Shown: piece after piece, positions 47,606 to 61,392 of the stretch | Position numbering within the stretch: the first letter of the stretch is position 1 | Layout of the letters: each line of letters starts with the position of its first letter | Origin: the human T2T-CHM13v2.0 reference genome, Homo sapiens | NCBI RefSeq assembly: GCF_009914755.1 | Contig: NC_060936.1 | Strand: one strand, 5' to 3' | Length of the DNA stretch: 64,000 bases | The notes under the pieces: generated by a model | Databases searched by the model: none | Told to the model about the DNA's origin: nothing | Seen by the model: only the letters and a program-made list of their open reading frames with translations | Program-made: the position numbers and the translations under genes

Positions 47606-49694
47606 TAGGACGTAACAATTAAGAGAACAGGCTTTAAACTCAGCCTGACCATAGTTTGAAACAGACCCTAATTGCTGTGTTACCGAGGGCAAGCTATTTA
47701 AATTCCCTAAACCTTTCTCACCTATAAAACAGGAATAATAACATCTATTTCTTGGGATTGACAACACAGCAAAGCTCTTAGTATTATGTCACAAGCACTC
47801 AATCAATGGAAGTATTAAGTGAGGACAAAAGTAATCCAACAGCAAGCAAGTCACGGATGAATGAATGGATGAATGAATGACTCAGCGATGCCTGGTCATT
47901 TCCCACTGACAAGGACTATGGAGACTGCAAACCTTTTCATCCAGGCATCCACTGGGTGCCAGTGTTGTGTCATCCAATGAGATGTTGGTCCCGGGAGGTG
48001 GCCATTCTGCCTGTAAGTAGGACAGCTCTATTAGGTGCAGTTTATTTTTAACACTGGCTGTAATCTTCTGTGGGGGCACTCTCCTACCAGACTGCTTGTT
48101 GGTTTAGAGATGATTTCGAGCTGCACCAGCCAAAGATTTTCATCTCTGTGGCCAGTGCCCCAGCCTGCTCAGTGCCTCCTTCCCAGCTAGCCAGATTGCA
48201 AAGCCCGTTTTCTCTAACATGATCCCCAAATCAATCACACAACCATGTACTGTTAAGAAGAGTCACTAGTATTTGCTGGGCACCTGCTGTGTGTCAGACC
48301 ATGTGCAGAGGGATTTCTTTGGATCCTCACTATGACTCTCCAAAGGAGGTGGGGGTTCTCCTTTTACGGATGAAGAAGCAGAGAGGGTTGCTCAAGGCCA
48401 TGCAGCTATTATGGGGGCAGAGGCAGGATTTGACCCCACATATGTGACTCCAGAGCCTGGGCCCCTAAGCACTGCCCCAGTCTGCCTCTGGTGAGTGTCC
48501 ATCATACATTACACACCAGACAGGTGAAGTGGATCCTAAGAGTGATGAGATTAGGTGCCCAGTCCCAAGGAGCTGGAAATGTGGGTGACAACTGTGATGA
48601 TGCAGAGTGCACAGCCCAGACCAGATCCTATGGGAGCACAGGAGAGGGAGCAGCTTACTCTGCTATGGGGCATGTCACAGGAGCATACCATCCCTCTGAC
48701 CAGCACGGCCATGGCTTTCACCACTTTAAAGTCACGCCACCCAAGTTTTATATGTCTCTAGAGATTTGCTGAGACTGGTTAGCAAGTACCAAGGGCTCTT
48801 TCAATGATGATCTGGGAAACCCTCTGCCACTTACGTCTCCTTCCCAAGGGCATGTTCCTGGCAGCAGCTGGCAGCCTGCAATGCAGTGTCAGAGGCTTCC
48901 AAAAGCTGCCAGTGCCAGGCAGTCAATCCAGTATAGAGGCTGTAGTGGAAGATAGCATGAAGGGAGAGGCTCATGCCAGGGCCATGGGCCAATACCACAC
49001 AGCCAGGAGGGCAATCTTAGTGACAAGGACAACACTTGTAATTTGCATCTGAGTTGGGAGCAGGAGCCCTCTGTGCCCCTCACCTTCCTCCACTGGGTGC
49101 ATGACAACAATTAGGGCAGGAATCATCACTGTATCTCCTAGAGCCTGGCTTCCCACTACACTGTGAGCTCCTGGACTTTAGATATTATCAATTACTGACA
49201 TGTTGTATACCTAGTGCCTAATACAGTGCCTGCTACTAGGTAGGAGCTGGGTAAATATTTTTGAATTGAATTGAATCTTCTCCACTGAGCCCATAGTACA
49301 CTCCCTCCTCACCCCACTTATCTCCATAACCAACTTGACTGCTCTCCAGAACTTGTTTATTCCAAAAATCCACAGCCATAGGTAGATATCAAAGTGCTTG
49401 GCTAAAATAGAAACAATGTCAATTGAGTTTTGAAGAGAGGATGACACTGCAAATCCAATTTAATTCTTCAGTTATTTGAGGGACTACTTGAGCTAGTTAT
49501 CTCCCATTTTTTCATGTGTGATACACTGGTAGTAATGATACCTACCTCAAAGGATGTGGTAAATTAGATAATGCATAACAACACACTTGGCAAAATGCCT
49601 GATAGATAGTAAGCACTCAATAAAGAGAAGTGTGGGGCCTTGGGTGCAAAATTTAAGGAGGCATCAAAAAAACTCAGTAATCAAGACCAATAAC

Positions 49695-50133
49695 TGCACT
49701 GATTTCCTAGGGCAGCTGCAACAAAGTACTGCACACTGGGTGGCTTAAAACAACAGCAACTTATTGTCCCAGTTCTGGAAGCGAGAAGTCAAATATCAAG
49801 GTGTTGGCAGGGCCATGCTCCTTTTGAAGCTTCTAGAAGAAGGTCCTTCCTTGCTTCTTTCATCCTCTGGTAGCCCCAGCTGTTTTTGGTTGTGACAGTA
49901 TCACTCCAATCTCGGCCTCCCTCTTCACATGCCTCTTCACCTAATGTCTGTGGCATCTCCCCTTCTTATGAGGACACCAGTCAAATTGAATTATGGGCTC
50001 ACCTTACTCCAGTATGACCTCATCTTAACTCATTACATCTGCAATGACCCTATTTCCCAATAGGGGCATTCTGAAGTACTGGGGATGAGGACTCCACCAT
50101 ATTATTTTGGGAGACAAAACTCAACCCATGACA
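49695..50133 (-). mobile_element. MLT1C-like solo LTR
   Basis: tttcctagggc..aacaaagtac..ctgggtggcttaaaacaacag...tcaacccatgaca; TSD ataac/ataat. Confidence 0.82.
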
Positions 50134-51709
50134 ATAATACTTTAAAAATTATTGAACAAAACATCAAAAAGATAAATAACAGCAGGATGCAGCTCTGCAC
50201 TTGCACAACCCTGTTTCACTCTCCTCACCCTAATCCTGGCCCTGCCAGACAATGTCTTTATCTAAAATTTAGTTGTGTAGTTGTTGGTATTGTTACAGGG
50301 CACCGTAAAAGATGTGGGGAAATACAGAGGTGGGGAGGTCATTCCAAGCAGTTCCAATCTAATAGGGGAGAAAAAATACACAGATTGAGAAAGAAAACAG
50401 CAGCCCTGACAGCTGTCCCCTGGCTGCTGGCCTAGTTGCTACCAGAGAGGCTGTGGTGTTCTGCTGCTGAGCATAAACGATGTCACAGAATATCACCATC
50501 AGAAAAAAGACTCACCATATCCATGGAGGAAAAGACAAAAACTAAGCCAGGGAATAATCATGTCTGAACAGAGACTCAACAACAATGGACAACCATGAGA
50601 ATTACCCAGCAACTGCCTCTCCTGGCTGATATAAGAGCCTACTGCTACTTCTCCCAGAATGGCTCACCCTTGCTTCTGACTTGGTTTGACCATTGGTGCT
50701 CTCCTGGTGGTCTTCAGCTGTCAGGCATTAACAAACCTCTAGTTGTCGTAGGGTGCAATAGTGGACACGGAACAAAGAAAGTGCTGCTGGAGCCAGAGGA
50801 GCACAGATTGTTTGGAGACCACTGAGATGGCAACACAGAAGTGGGGGCTTTGGCTGGCCTTGAAGGATTCCAGTTAGCACACAAAAGGGAGCACAGCAGA
50901 GGAAAAGCCTGGAGGTGTGAACGTGCAAGATGCATTTCCTGCTGCTTCCACCTGGCATGGTCTTCCCTGGGCCAACCCCACTTTATCTTTTCCTGGCCAG
51001 CTCCCATTGGTTGGTCATGTCATAGCATTTATCCCAGTGCATTGTGATTGGCTGTTTTCTTCTGCCATTAGATTTTGATCTCTTTGATGGCAGAGACTTT
51101 GTCCTGTTTATTTTTGGGCATTAATCTCTAGTGCAGTACTCTGAACATAATATGTATTCCATAAGTGTTTTGAAGGAAGGAAGATGAATAGTGAATGAAT
51201 CATCCCACATGCTAAGAATCTAAGATGTATAAAATAAAGTGGTGAAAGATGAAAATGAAATTTTATCAAGGTTAGAGTCAGGTTGGAGTGGCCATTGTTT
51301 ACCAAACTGAGAAATCTAAATTTTATTTGGTTGGTAATTGAGAGTCATTGAGATATTTTGGGGAAGGTCACCCTGATGCCTTTGCTAATCAAATGAAATG
51401 AATGAAATGGAGAGGCAAGAAACTGGAAATAGCAAGACGAGGTATCATGCTACTGCAATAGTCCAGGCAAAACATGATAAAGGCCTCAACAAGAATGGCA
51501 CCAGTGGAGATGAAGAGCAGAAGATCAAGGTGGGAGACAGAGACAGAGAAAACAAAGGATTTGATGGCTTATTAGATGTTTGGAATACTTTAAACTTTAT
51601 TCATCCTTGCTTTGCTGGTATTTCTGGTTAAGTTTTTAAGCAGGTGCATCTTCTTAATTATGTTTCATTTGAGCTAACATTAAGTTGGCTTACGTGCACC
51701 GAAGACACG

Positions 51710-52211
51710 TGTAGTAGGCAGAAAAATGAGCCCCCAAAATGTCCTAATCCCTGGAACCTATGAATATGTTAGGTTATATGGCAAAGGAGAATTAAGGTTG
51801 CAGGTAGAATTAAGGTTGCTAACTGGCTGGCTTAAGATAGGGAGAGTATCCTGGATTATCCAGGTGAGTCCAATGTAATCACAAGAGTTGTTATAAGTGG
51901 ATGAGAAAGACAGAAGAGAGAACCATAGAAATGGTAGCATGAGAAGGATTTGGCCTGCCATTGTTAGCCCTGAAGATGGAGAAAGGGTTTCATGAGCCCA
52001 GGAATAAAGATGGGCTCTAGAAGCTAGAAAAGACAAAAGAAAAGATTCTCCACTAAAGCCTCCAGAGGAATAGCAGCCCAACTGAAACATCAGTTTTAGC
52101 TCAATGAGTACATTTTGGACTTCTCACCTCCAGAATTATAAGATAAATTTGTGTTGTTTTAAGCCACTAAGTTTGTGGAACTTGTTATGACAGTGATAGA
52201 AAACTAATACA
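51710..52211 (+). mobile_element. MLT1D-like solo LTR
   Basis: tgtagtaggcaga...aaactaataca; TSD acacg/acatg. Confidence 0.85.
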
Positions 52212-52866
52212 ACATGCTGCAGACAGGGCTGGCCATAGGATGACAATGGCCTAGCCTGATAGTAAATCTTGCTACAAACCAACCACAAACTAAAGAGTTG
52301 ACCATTCACATTCATTTCAAATGCCCTTCATTTATCATCCCTGAAATGATCTGTCACTGGGCTAAAACATCAAGCTAGAAAATATGGCATGGTTATTCTA
52401 GACCCTTTGGAATATTTTCCTTTTTTTATCCTTGCATCACCCCATCAATAGGTAGGACTTATTTATATAGATATCTGCTACCAACAGTGACTGAGTTAGT
52501 AGTAGCTTTTCTCTTTTAAACGTAACAGGTGTATATAAGACACTAAATTAATTCTCTTGTTGAGGTATCCAAAGATGAAGTAAATAGTTTGAGAGCAGGG
52601 AAAAGAACTCCAATGCACATGATATGCCTCATATGCTTTATATACATTATGTTACTTGACTCTATAGAAATCCCAGGAAGTAGGCATTCCTATCCATATG
52701 TTAAACTTAAAAAAAAAAAAAAACCTGGTGCTGATAAAAGAGAGAGGAGCCAAAGTTCAAACAACATGCAGAGTCTCAGCAAAGATGATCTAAAAACACT
52801 AGCTTTCCAGAATGTTTAGCAACAGTCTATGTCAGGTAATAAAAATCCCCCACTTTCTGTCTCCAG

Positions 52867-52962
52867 TGTGCAACTGTGTGCATGGGGTGTGCAACAGTGG
52901 ACTAGATGGCGATGGAACCTGTGAGTGCTACTCTGCGTACACTGGCCCCAAGTGTGACAAGC
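52867..52962 (+). CDS. STAB2: Stabilin-2 coding exon 6 ([32 protein letters not shown]; EGF-like)
   Basis: tctgtctccag| acceptor, 96 nt, phase 1 to 1, donor AGC|GTAAGT. Confidence 0.96.
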
Positions 52963-53469
52963 GTAAGTACTGCTAGTTCCCTTAATGCCACACCAGATCA
53001 AACAGGCACAAATGTATGCATTTCAATTTTGTATCTGTTACTGGTTCTCTGCAGGGGCAAGGTACTACCAAAAGTTTTCTGGAAAGAAACTAGAAATTAA
53101 AAAGAGAATATAGAAGAGAAAAGGAAAGAAGAGGAGGGAAAGGGAGGAGGAGGAAGAGAGAGAACAGAAGCAATGTGGTGTCAAGGCTATAGCTGTGTTT
53201 TAGGAAGGTTGAACTGGAGGCCAGGTGAAGGGTAGAATGGAGAGAGGGACACCGGGACTGGGAAGCCAACACAACCCATCTCAACAAGTGAGTCACCTAG
53301 TAAAGGAGATACAGCATCTTCTCAATTATGAGCCTCAAAGGCGGAACACATTAACAGCCCTAAGGAAGAGGAAAGGGTGCTTCACCAACGCTGAGTGATT
53401 CACCAAAGGCCACACAACTAGGAGAGCTGGGACTCAAGTCATTTGAATCCATGGGAAATTCTGAAAACA

Positions 53470-54140
53470 ATCTATTATACTGGGTCCAATCAAGAGCTGG
53501 AAACCAAGGGGTGATTTAAACAAGGGAAGTTTAATAGGGATAATTAGTACGCTATGATAGGAGAGCAGCTGTAAAAATGCAAACAGAACTCTAGAGAGGA
53601 TGGAGCATAACAAAGGAAGGAGAAATTTGGAATGGGGTGGCCGTCCCCAAGGCTGGATTTAAACCTTGTTGGAGAGGGTGTGGTGGGTGGCCGAGAAGTT
53701 TGCTGTTTTATCCAGGCCAGCACTGGACCACAGTCACCTAGCAGGCATGGGGCAACCCTCCAGGGCCTTGGGGAGCTGAGGCTGGTGGGTGAGGCACAGG
53801 AAATCAGGGGCCTCTCAGGCAAAATCCTGGAATACACAATGTCTATGTCGAGAGGGCTGTGGGAAGGTAGTCGCTAGGTCCAGGCCAAGGATGCAAGGTC
53901 AGCCACTGAGGAACTCTGGGTGCACCGCTGGGGCAGAGCATCCCTGAACAGACCCTGCAGCAGCAGCAAAGGAACACGCAGCAGCAGCAGCACACTGCAC
54001 CCTGGAGGCAGAAAGAGGAGTTCCCGCCTCCCACCGTGTCCCGCCAGCGCCCTCTACTGGCAAAACTTAACATCGACCTGTGAAGGAGAAACTCACAGGA
54101 TGGCAGAGCCGGGGAGCTGAGATGTTAAGAAATCGACCAT
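53470..54140 (-). mobile_element. ERVL-type solo LTR (LTR41-like) carrying a CTCF motif
   Basis: gggtccaatcaagag..gaaacc..agtttaata resembles the reverse of the LTR41/LTR52 3' end; boundaries and family are tentative. Confidence 0.55.
54047..54060 (-). promoter_or_regulatory. Near-consensus CTCF motif CCAGTAGAGGGCGC
   Basis: Reverse complement of gcgccctctactgg fits the core CCASYAGRKGGCRS. Confidence 0.7.
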
Positions 54141-54644
54141 TCTGCCTCTGCCACTAGCCTCATTTAACTTATCCTCGGGACTTTAGTCTCCTGTAAAATG
54201 AAAGGGTTGGGTGAGATTGAAAGTCAGCAAATGCAAACTCATTTTATTGGAAGCGGTTGAGATGCCGTGAGCGGTGGTAGTAACAGGATGAATAAACTCA
54301 GCCTCTGCCTTCTTCCTGTAGCTGGGACAGCCATGAAAGCCTCCAGTCCAAATGCAAAGGCAAGTGGGTAGGACAGGCCTTCTGTGGTCCTCAGTCAGCC
54401 TCCTTCCTTGGCCACTCCTGCCATTGTGCAGTGGACTCCTGGGCAGAGGCCTTCTCAGTAAGGCAGGAGACCCAGTCCAGAAGCCAGCCTAAGGGAAAAC
54501 CCTAATAGATATGCTTCCAAGTAAAAAAATAATAATAATTCTGTCCAGCCAAATGACAAGAGACTAGGACAAAAATTTTTAAAATTCACATGGCAGATAC
54601 ATTTTTATAACAAAAAATTGGATTCATGTAAAGTCCAAAATCTA

Positions 54645-55030
<386 letters not shown>

Positions 55031-55440
55031 TCAGTCATATTTGGAGTCCTGGAGGTTTATTTTCATTTGTTTTTTCATTTTTGCCCACTATGTTACAAAT
55101 TTTACCCATCTGTGGGTATGAGAAAAATGACAGTAAGAATGTGGATTCCTACAACCTACGGGAGAAATTTATTTACTAAATTTGAAGGTATGCTTATAGT
55201 ATGCTTCTGTGTCCCCAATTCTAAGAATTTACCCCGGGAGAGGAGAGGAATTAGACAAAGGTAAGCATATATGATCAAATAAATTTATGGAAATGCTATT
55301 TGTAGGAAGATAACAAGCTGAAAACAACTTGAATTCCCACCAGTAGGAAATTGGTTGAATAAGTTGTGGTACATCCTATACTAGTTAGGATAATGCTAGT
55401 TGCTATAAAAAATAAACACAAAACTTCAGTGGCTTAACAC

Positions 55441-55940
55441 TATGGTTTTAAAATTGTGCGCCAAGGTGTCCCAAGGTACTACAATCAAATTTACTGGCTA
55501 CTATTGGTATTTTAAATTTCTGAGGGAAACACAGAGATACATCTGTCAGATACCACATGAACTGCTAGCTTGAGTTGGTTCACAATTTCAACATGAGGTC
55601 GCACTAATTCCTTGCAGTGACATCATATCTTTGCAAAGGTACATTTTCAGTGATTGCTATGATAAAAGGCAAGTACCGTGTGAAAGTCAATGTGACTGAA
55701 ATGAGGGTGCCAGTCTACAATCTGTATCAAACTTTAAAGTTTGAGAAGTTGTGCAGTGTCCAACACACTCACATATCTTATACGTAGGTCAATGTGGTTA
55801 CTTAAGAATAGACATTTTTCTATTAAGCATGTCACTTTTTCAAATGGCTGCTAAGTGATTCTAACAACTAAATAAATGAATCTTTTCGGTGTTTCTTTTG
55901 ATGTCGGGATACCATGAAAAAATTATTGGGAACCTCTGGC
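55441..55940. mobile_element. hAT-Charlie-like DNA transposon fragment within an old MLT1-type LTR
   Basis: gtgcgccaagg...gagaagttgtgcagtg...gggataccatgaaaaaattattgggaacctctg; family tentative. Confidence 0.5.
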
Positions 55941-56330
55941 TTGACACTAAAGAAGTGTAGTTCTCACTCATGTAACAGTCCAATGTGGGTGTTCCTGGCT
56001 GGCGCCAGCTTCCCCCTACATGGTGATTAGGGATCCAGATCTTTCCATCTTGTGACTCTGTCATTCTCTAGTACCTCAGAGTTCTCTGCTTCCTGCCATC
56101 ACAGATGGGAAAGAGAAGATGGAGAGGCACCTGCTTATGAAAGTCCAGGAAAAATATATAAAACCTCTACTCAATATTCCATCAGAGTGAACTAGTCACG
56201 TGATCTTTCCTGGACGTAAAGTGGGGTGGAAAATGTAATCCTGAAGGAGCAGCCACTTTCTGCCAAAACTTCGGGTTTATGGAAGGGGTGGGGGAATAGT
56301 CTCTGTGAACTATTTTACTCAACTAGCCAC

Positions 56331-58016
56331 TGTTGGGAGACAATTCTCCATGCATCTCTCACATGTGTGCACATCTTGAGAGCAATACACTGACTGCTCT
56401 TTGTTCCAGATCATCTGTTCAAGGATGTTTGTATACTGAACAGACTTGGAAAACATAGTATCTCCCTCAGGAGCAAAGGGCAGGCATGCTCACTGCCAGT
56501 GCCTCTCAGCTCCAAAGCCACCCTTTTTGCCTGCTCGTGATAATGGAGCTGGGCTTTATAAATGATTCTCCTTCACTAGCTAGCAAAACGTGAAGCCTTA
56601 TCAATGAAGAGTGCCAGAAGGACTGTAGAGGAGGAAGCCGGGGCTCTCTCCCTGTTTCTGGTTTGACTCACTCACCAGGCTCCCGAAAAACAGCTTTTCT
56701 CTGTTTCTTAGCCCCACATGGTTTCTCCAGTGCCGGGTTCCTGCAGAGCTCAGCTCCCTCCAGCATTTGGCCACTGCACACTGTCCAGTGCTTGACTCAG
56801 GAAGTGGCAGCACAGCCAGGAGCCCCAGACTGCGCAGGCCCATGCCTCAGCCCAGGGGAAGGCTGTTCGGTACTCCTCTCCTCAGCCCCATGCACAGCAA
56901 GGCCCCTGAAGAGCTGGTCATCTGGAGAGCTGGACACATCCCCTGAATCCCACACAGCTGGTCTGGAGCTGCCCAGGCCTGAACCACACACAGAGGTGCA
57001 CTGCATGACAGAGAGGTGGCTTCTTAGCTGCTGCTGCCAGCAGCGCCCACTGGCTAACAGATTCCTTTGGCACCTAGTGAGTTCCAAGGCTTGTGACCTC
57101 CCCATGCATGACCTCCCAGCCACCCCAGAGAGCAGATTTCCAGCAAATATTGTCAAGGCATCTCTGCAACTTTGCTATCCAGTGACTAACGCCATGCTTT
57201 TTCCAGTGGTATTCAGATCTCAGCCTGGAGGGAAGAAGGTTATACGTTGGGTACTTGTCTCAGCCCTAGTACAGTAGTTGCTCTTTATAGACCTGCTATT
57301 TCTTTATTCTTTTTTTAATTTTATTATTATTATACTTTAAGTTTTAGGGTACATGTGCACAACGTGCAGGTTTGTTACATCTGTATACATGTGCCATGTT
57401 GGTGTGCTGCACCCATTAACTCGTCATTTAGCATTAGGTGTATCTCCTAATGCTATCCATCCCCCCTCCCCCCACCCCACAACAGTTCCCGGTGTGTGAT
57501 GTTCCCCTTCCTGTGTCCATGCGTTCTCATTGTTCAATTCCCACCTATGAGTGAGAACATGCGGTGTTTGGTTTCTTTATTCTTTAGAATTATTTTATTT
57601 TAAACTCTCACTAGCTGATTTTTCATGATTTTAATTGTTCATAATCCTTTATAGTACAACTTTCCCTGTTCAAATAATTATGTGGTTTCTGTCTCCTGCT
57701 TGTCCCTAAATAATACATTGCCCATTTTTTAAAAAAAATAGGTACCCTAAGATCAGGGCTCACCTCCTATAATGAAACCCACTGCATGTACATGTCTCAG
57801 TCTAGTCCTCTTTGAATTGCCCCATGGGAATTGAGGTTTGGAAAAACTGGTGCCAAAATGCTGATACCCTGGCTGCTGCCCCTGCTGTAAGTATTAAGCT
57901 GTACTTCACTCTAACCCAGAAGTTTTGTATCTTCTACCAGCATCCATGAAACTTTATTAGCCCAACTTGTTCACTTTGCAAGTTGGCTGATGTCAGACTC
58001 TTCATAGCTTTTGACA
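56331..58016 (+). mobile_element. Nested LTR complex (outer LTR47/MER77-like; inner LTR ~56537-57717)
   Basis: tgttgggagacaattctccatg...ttttgaca with 5-bp TSD gccac/gccat; inner element ends ggtttctgtctcctg...taataca. Confidence 0.6.
57313..57571 (-). mobile_element. 5'-truncated L1PA 3' end (about 260 bp)
   Basis: L1PA 3' UTR; 14-bp TSD tttctttattcttt. Confidence 0.92.
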
Positions 58017-58379
58017 GCCATCTACGTCACACCTACCTTTTGAAATACTATGCAGTTACTAGAGATCAAGGCAGATCCTTAAAGACTTTCATAATATATT
58101 GTTAAATTAAAAATTACATTGCTAAATATTTTAACAGGATTCTATTTTGTTACAAAATCAGACAAATAAATGTTATAAATTAATATATTTTATTGATTGA
58201 TGATATCGGTAAATTTGGGAGACTAAGAAGAAGACAATTTTAACTTAACGTGTTCTGTATTTTTTAAATTATTACAATGAGTTTGTATTGCTTTTTAATA
58301 AAAGGGAATACTGCAGTTTGGGGGTCTTAAGAACTGGTTATTCTACTAATGCAAGTACTTCAACAATTTTCCTATGCAG

Positions 58380-58505
58380 CCATCCCTGAATGTGCAGCCT
58401 TGCTCTGCCCAGAAAATTCCAGATGTTCGCCTTCCACTGAAGATGAAAACAAACTGGAATGCAAATGCCTTCCCAATTACCGAGGCGATGGCAAATACTG
58501 CGACC
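58380..58505 (+). CDS. STAB2: Stabilin-2 coding exon 7 ([42 protein letters not shown]; EGF-like)
   Basis: cctatgcag| acceptor, 126 nt, phase 1 to 1, donor ACC|GTGAGT. Confidence 0.96.
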
Positions 58506-59284
58506 GTGAGTAGAATTTAGATTCTGCTAGTTTATTCATTGAGATGTTTAGGTTATTTAACAGGAAAAAAAAATCTCACAACCTCCTTAACACAATGACC
58601 ATTTCTATTTCTCGCTGTGTAGTTGAGTGAAACGTATATAAAAGGTGCCAAGCAAAATGCTCAATAAATGGCAGCTTCTCCTTCTCTTATGAAAGCACAT
58701 ATAGAGATTTTTATGTTTCCATATCACCTTAATCAATGTTAGAACATTTAATGCTTCTTATTTTATCTTTTTGATTTTATTCACTTTATAAAAAGCTGTA
58801 TTATGTATCAGTTAAAAACATGGACTCTCAAGCCAGACCGTCTGGGTTCAGTCCCAGATCTGCCTTCTACTGACTACATGACCTTTAACCTGCCGTGTCT
58901 CAGTTTTTCTGTCTATGAAATGGGGATAATAATGGTACCTACTTTCAGGGATTATTGTAAAGATTAAATGAGTTAATACATAGCAAATTCTTAGAGCAGG
59001 GCTTAGTACATATTATAAATTCTGTAAGTGTTAATGTTTTCTTTCATGCTGTTTTATATTTAACTACACACACAAAATGGCCTACTAATATATCAACACA
59101 ATATCTGTACAATTTCTGATGGCCATACATAAATCTGTCTGGTTCAGGGGGAAATGAAAGGAAATGTTTGTCTTTGAAAACTGTGAGTTGCCTTTGAGGT
59201 TTTGATCCACTGTTGCTCACGGTTCAGTTTTCCTTCTCCATCCCCGTTAACTAACTGCCTCTCATTTTGCTGTTGCCTCTCAAG

Positions 59285-59481
59285 CCATCAATCCATGTTT
59301 ACGAAAAATCTGCCACCCTCATGCTCATTGTACGTACCTGGGACCAAATCGGCACAGTTGTACATGCCAAGAAGGCTACCGTGGGGATGGCCAAGTGTGC
59401 TTGCCTGTGGACCCCTGCCAAATTAACTTTGGAAACTGCCCTACAAAGTCTACAGTGTGCAAATATGATGGGCCTGGACAG
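59285..59481 (+). CDS. STAB2: Stabilin-2 coding exon 8 ([66 protein letters not shown])
   Basis: cctctcaag| acceptor, 197 nt, phase 1 to 0, donor CAG|GTGAGC. Confidence 0.96.
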
Positions 59482-60539
59482 GTGAGCAAATGATGCAGGG
59501 AACTGATGTATCTAGAAGTTTGACAAGCCACTATGTGTCACAGGTATCATTTGTCTTCTATGCCATCCCAATTCTCCCTTTCAATGTTCCGCTTGGTCTT
59601 CCCCTCCAGACAGTCCTCCATGTGCTCAGAGCCTGAAATCAGTGCCTGCTCACCCAGTCTATCCTTTAAACTCACACTTTCCCAGCTCCCCATCCAAACT
59701 TAATTGTCTTACGTTCTCTCCTGTCACAGTCCTATATGGTGTTTGGCAAAATATACACATAATTCAAAATTAGATTAACAAATTAACTGTTGAACATATG
59801 ATTGACTTTTACCAGCAATCCTCCATTCTGCAATGGCTTTCTAATTTAAAAGGTGCTCTTAGAACCAAAAATACCCTGTTCCAAACGAATGAAACAGATA
59901 AAATGTCAGGCAGCACTGATAGATTATAGGGAGCAGTGGGAATATTCTGGGGAGAGACACTGTCCCTCTAAATGACATCAGGACCTTGACTGATAAAAAA
60001 TCTGGTCAGGAGACCCTCACTGAGGAATCCAGTGGAAAGAGCCTTGGCCCTAATAGCACATTCGTCCATTGAGTATTTATTTAGTGGATGCCTTCTGTGT
60101 CCATAACTGCACATCAAGCCTTCAGTGAAGGAAATGTGTCCATACAGAAGGGTATTGCTGCACAGGTAGGAGGAAGGGCTCAGTGCCTGACCCAAACAGC
60201 CATGCAGTCTAATCACCTGGATGCTAGCTGATGGGAATATTCCTAGAATTCCCTGCAGAGAATCCACCCAACCTTGCCTCCAAAGAGAAAGGATATATTA
60301 TGCAACATTTTTCTGCTATCGATTTCTGGGGAAGGATTGCAGAAAAATTCAAGGGGCTAAATTCCCATCTGCAAAATGAGGGTCTTTATGGGAAAATTAA
60401 TGTTATGCCATGAATGTCAAGACCTCGCATGTGAGATAAAAGATATGCTTTATCTCTGAAAATGGGTTCCAAGACAGATTTTCAAGTCTTAGAAATTCTC
60501 CATTGTTCACACAGAAGCAGCACGTGCATGATTCCAAAG

Positions 60540-61057
60540 CAGGGTTTCTCTACCTCAGCATTTTTCACATTTTGGGCTGGATAATTCTTTGTGGGAAGGG
60601 GCTTTCTTGTGCATTGTGAGGTGTTTAACAGCATTCTTGACCTCTGGTAGCACCGCCTCCTCCCATCATGGCACTCAAAAATGTTTCCAGGCTGGGCATG
60701 GTGGCTCATTCCTGTAATCCCAACACTCCGGGAGGCTGAGGCAGATGGATTGCTTCAGTCCAGGAGTTCAAGACCAACCTGGGCAACATAGCGAAACCTC
60801 GTCTCTACTAAAAATACAAAAAATTAGCTGGGCATGATGGTCCACACCTGTAATCCCAGCTGTCCGGAAGACTGAGGTGGGAGAATCACATGAGCCTGGG
60901 AAGTAAAGGCTGCAATGAGCCAAAATTGCATCACTACACTCTAGCCTGGGCAACCAGAGTGAGACCCTGTCTCAAAAAAAAAAAAAAAAAAAAAAACACT
61001 TGTTTCCAGATATTGTCCAGTGTGTCCTAGATTGAGACTCCTGGTTGGAAACCATTA
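60540..61057. mobile_element. MER20 DNA transposon split by an Alu
   Basis: cagggtttctc...cattttgggctggataattctttg...aaaaatgtttccag [Alu] tgtttccagatattg...ctggttggaaacca. Confidence 0.8.
60690..60996 (+). mobile_element. Alu (J-like) inserted in MER20
   Basis: Dimeric Alu with poly-A; TSD tgtttcca. Confidence 0.92.
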
Positions 61058-61392
61058 TTCTAAAGCAATAATACCTCCCATTTGGACATCAATTTCTGCT
61101 CACCTATAGACAATCTAAAACTGGGACTTATGGAGCTAGGGAGGTCAAGGGTTAGGAAACAAGAAAATTGAAGCTAAACTTTATAAGCAAGGAGTATAAG
61201 CTTTCCAGCAGGTGACATGTGTAAACATGATTTCTACTTTTAGATACTTTGACAAATTTTTAGTTTAAGTCCACACTTCAGACATACTCTGAGTGAGTTT
61301 TTATGGAAGAATAAAAATACAAATTAAAGAAGAATGCCAGCTGAAGTAACTAACTAGGATCCTATTTGTTTTTCTCTTCCTGTCTACTGAAG

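Noticed and set aside
52899-52912. CTCF-like GGACTAGATGGCGA in exon 6
   Set aside because: Mismatches at the key CC positions; constrained by protein coding (GLDGD)
53843-54120. Cys-rich / Ser-rich ORFs
   Set aside because: Arise from short CAG runs inside an LTR remnant
56663-57277. 204-aa + strand ORF in intron 6
   Set aside because: Non-ATG start, lies within a GC-rich LTR, no recognisable domain
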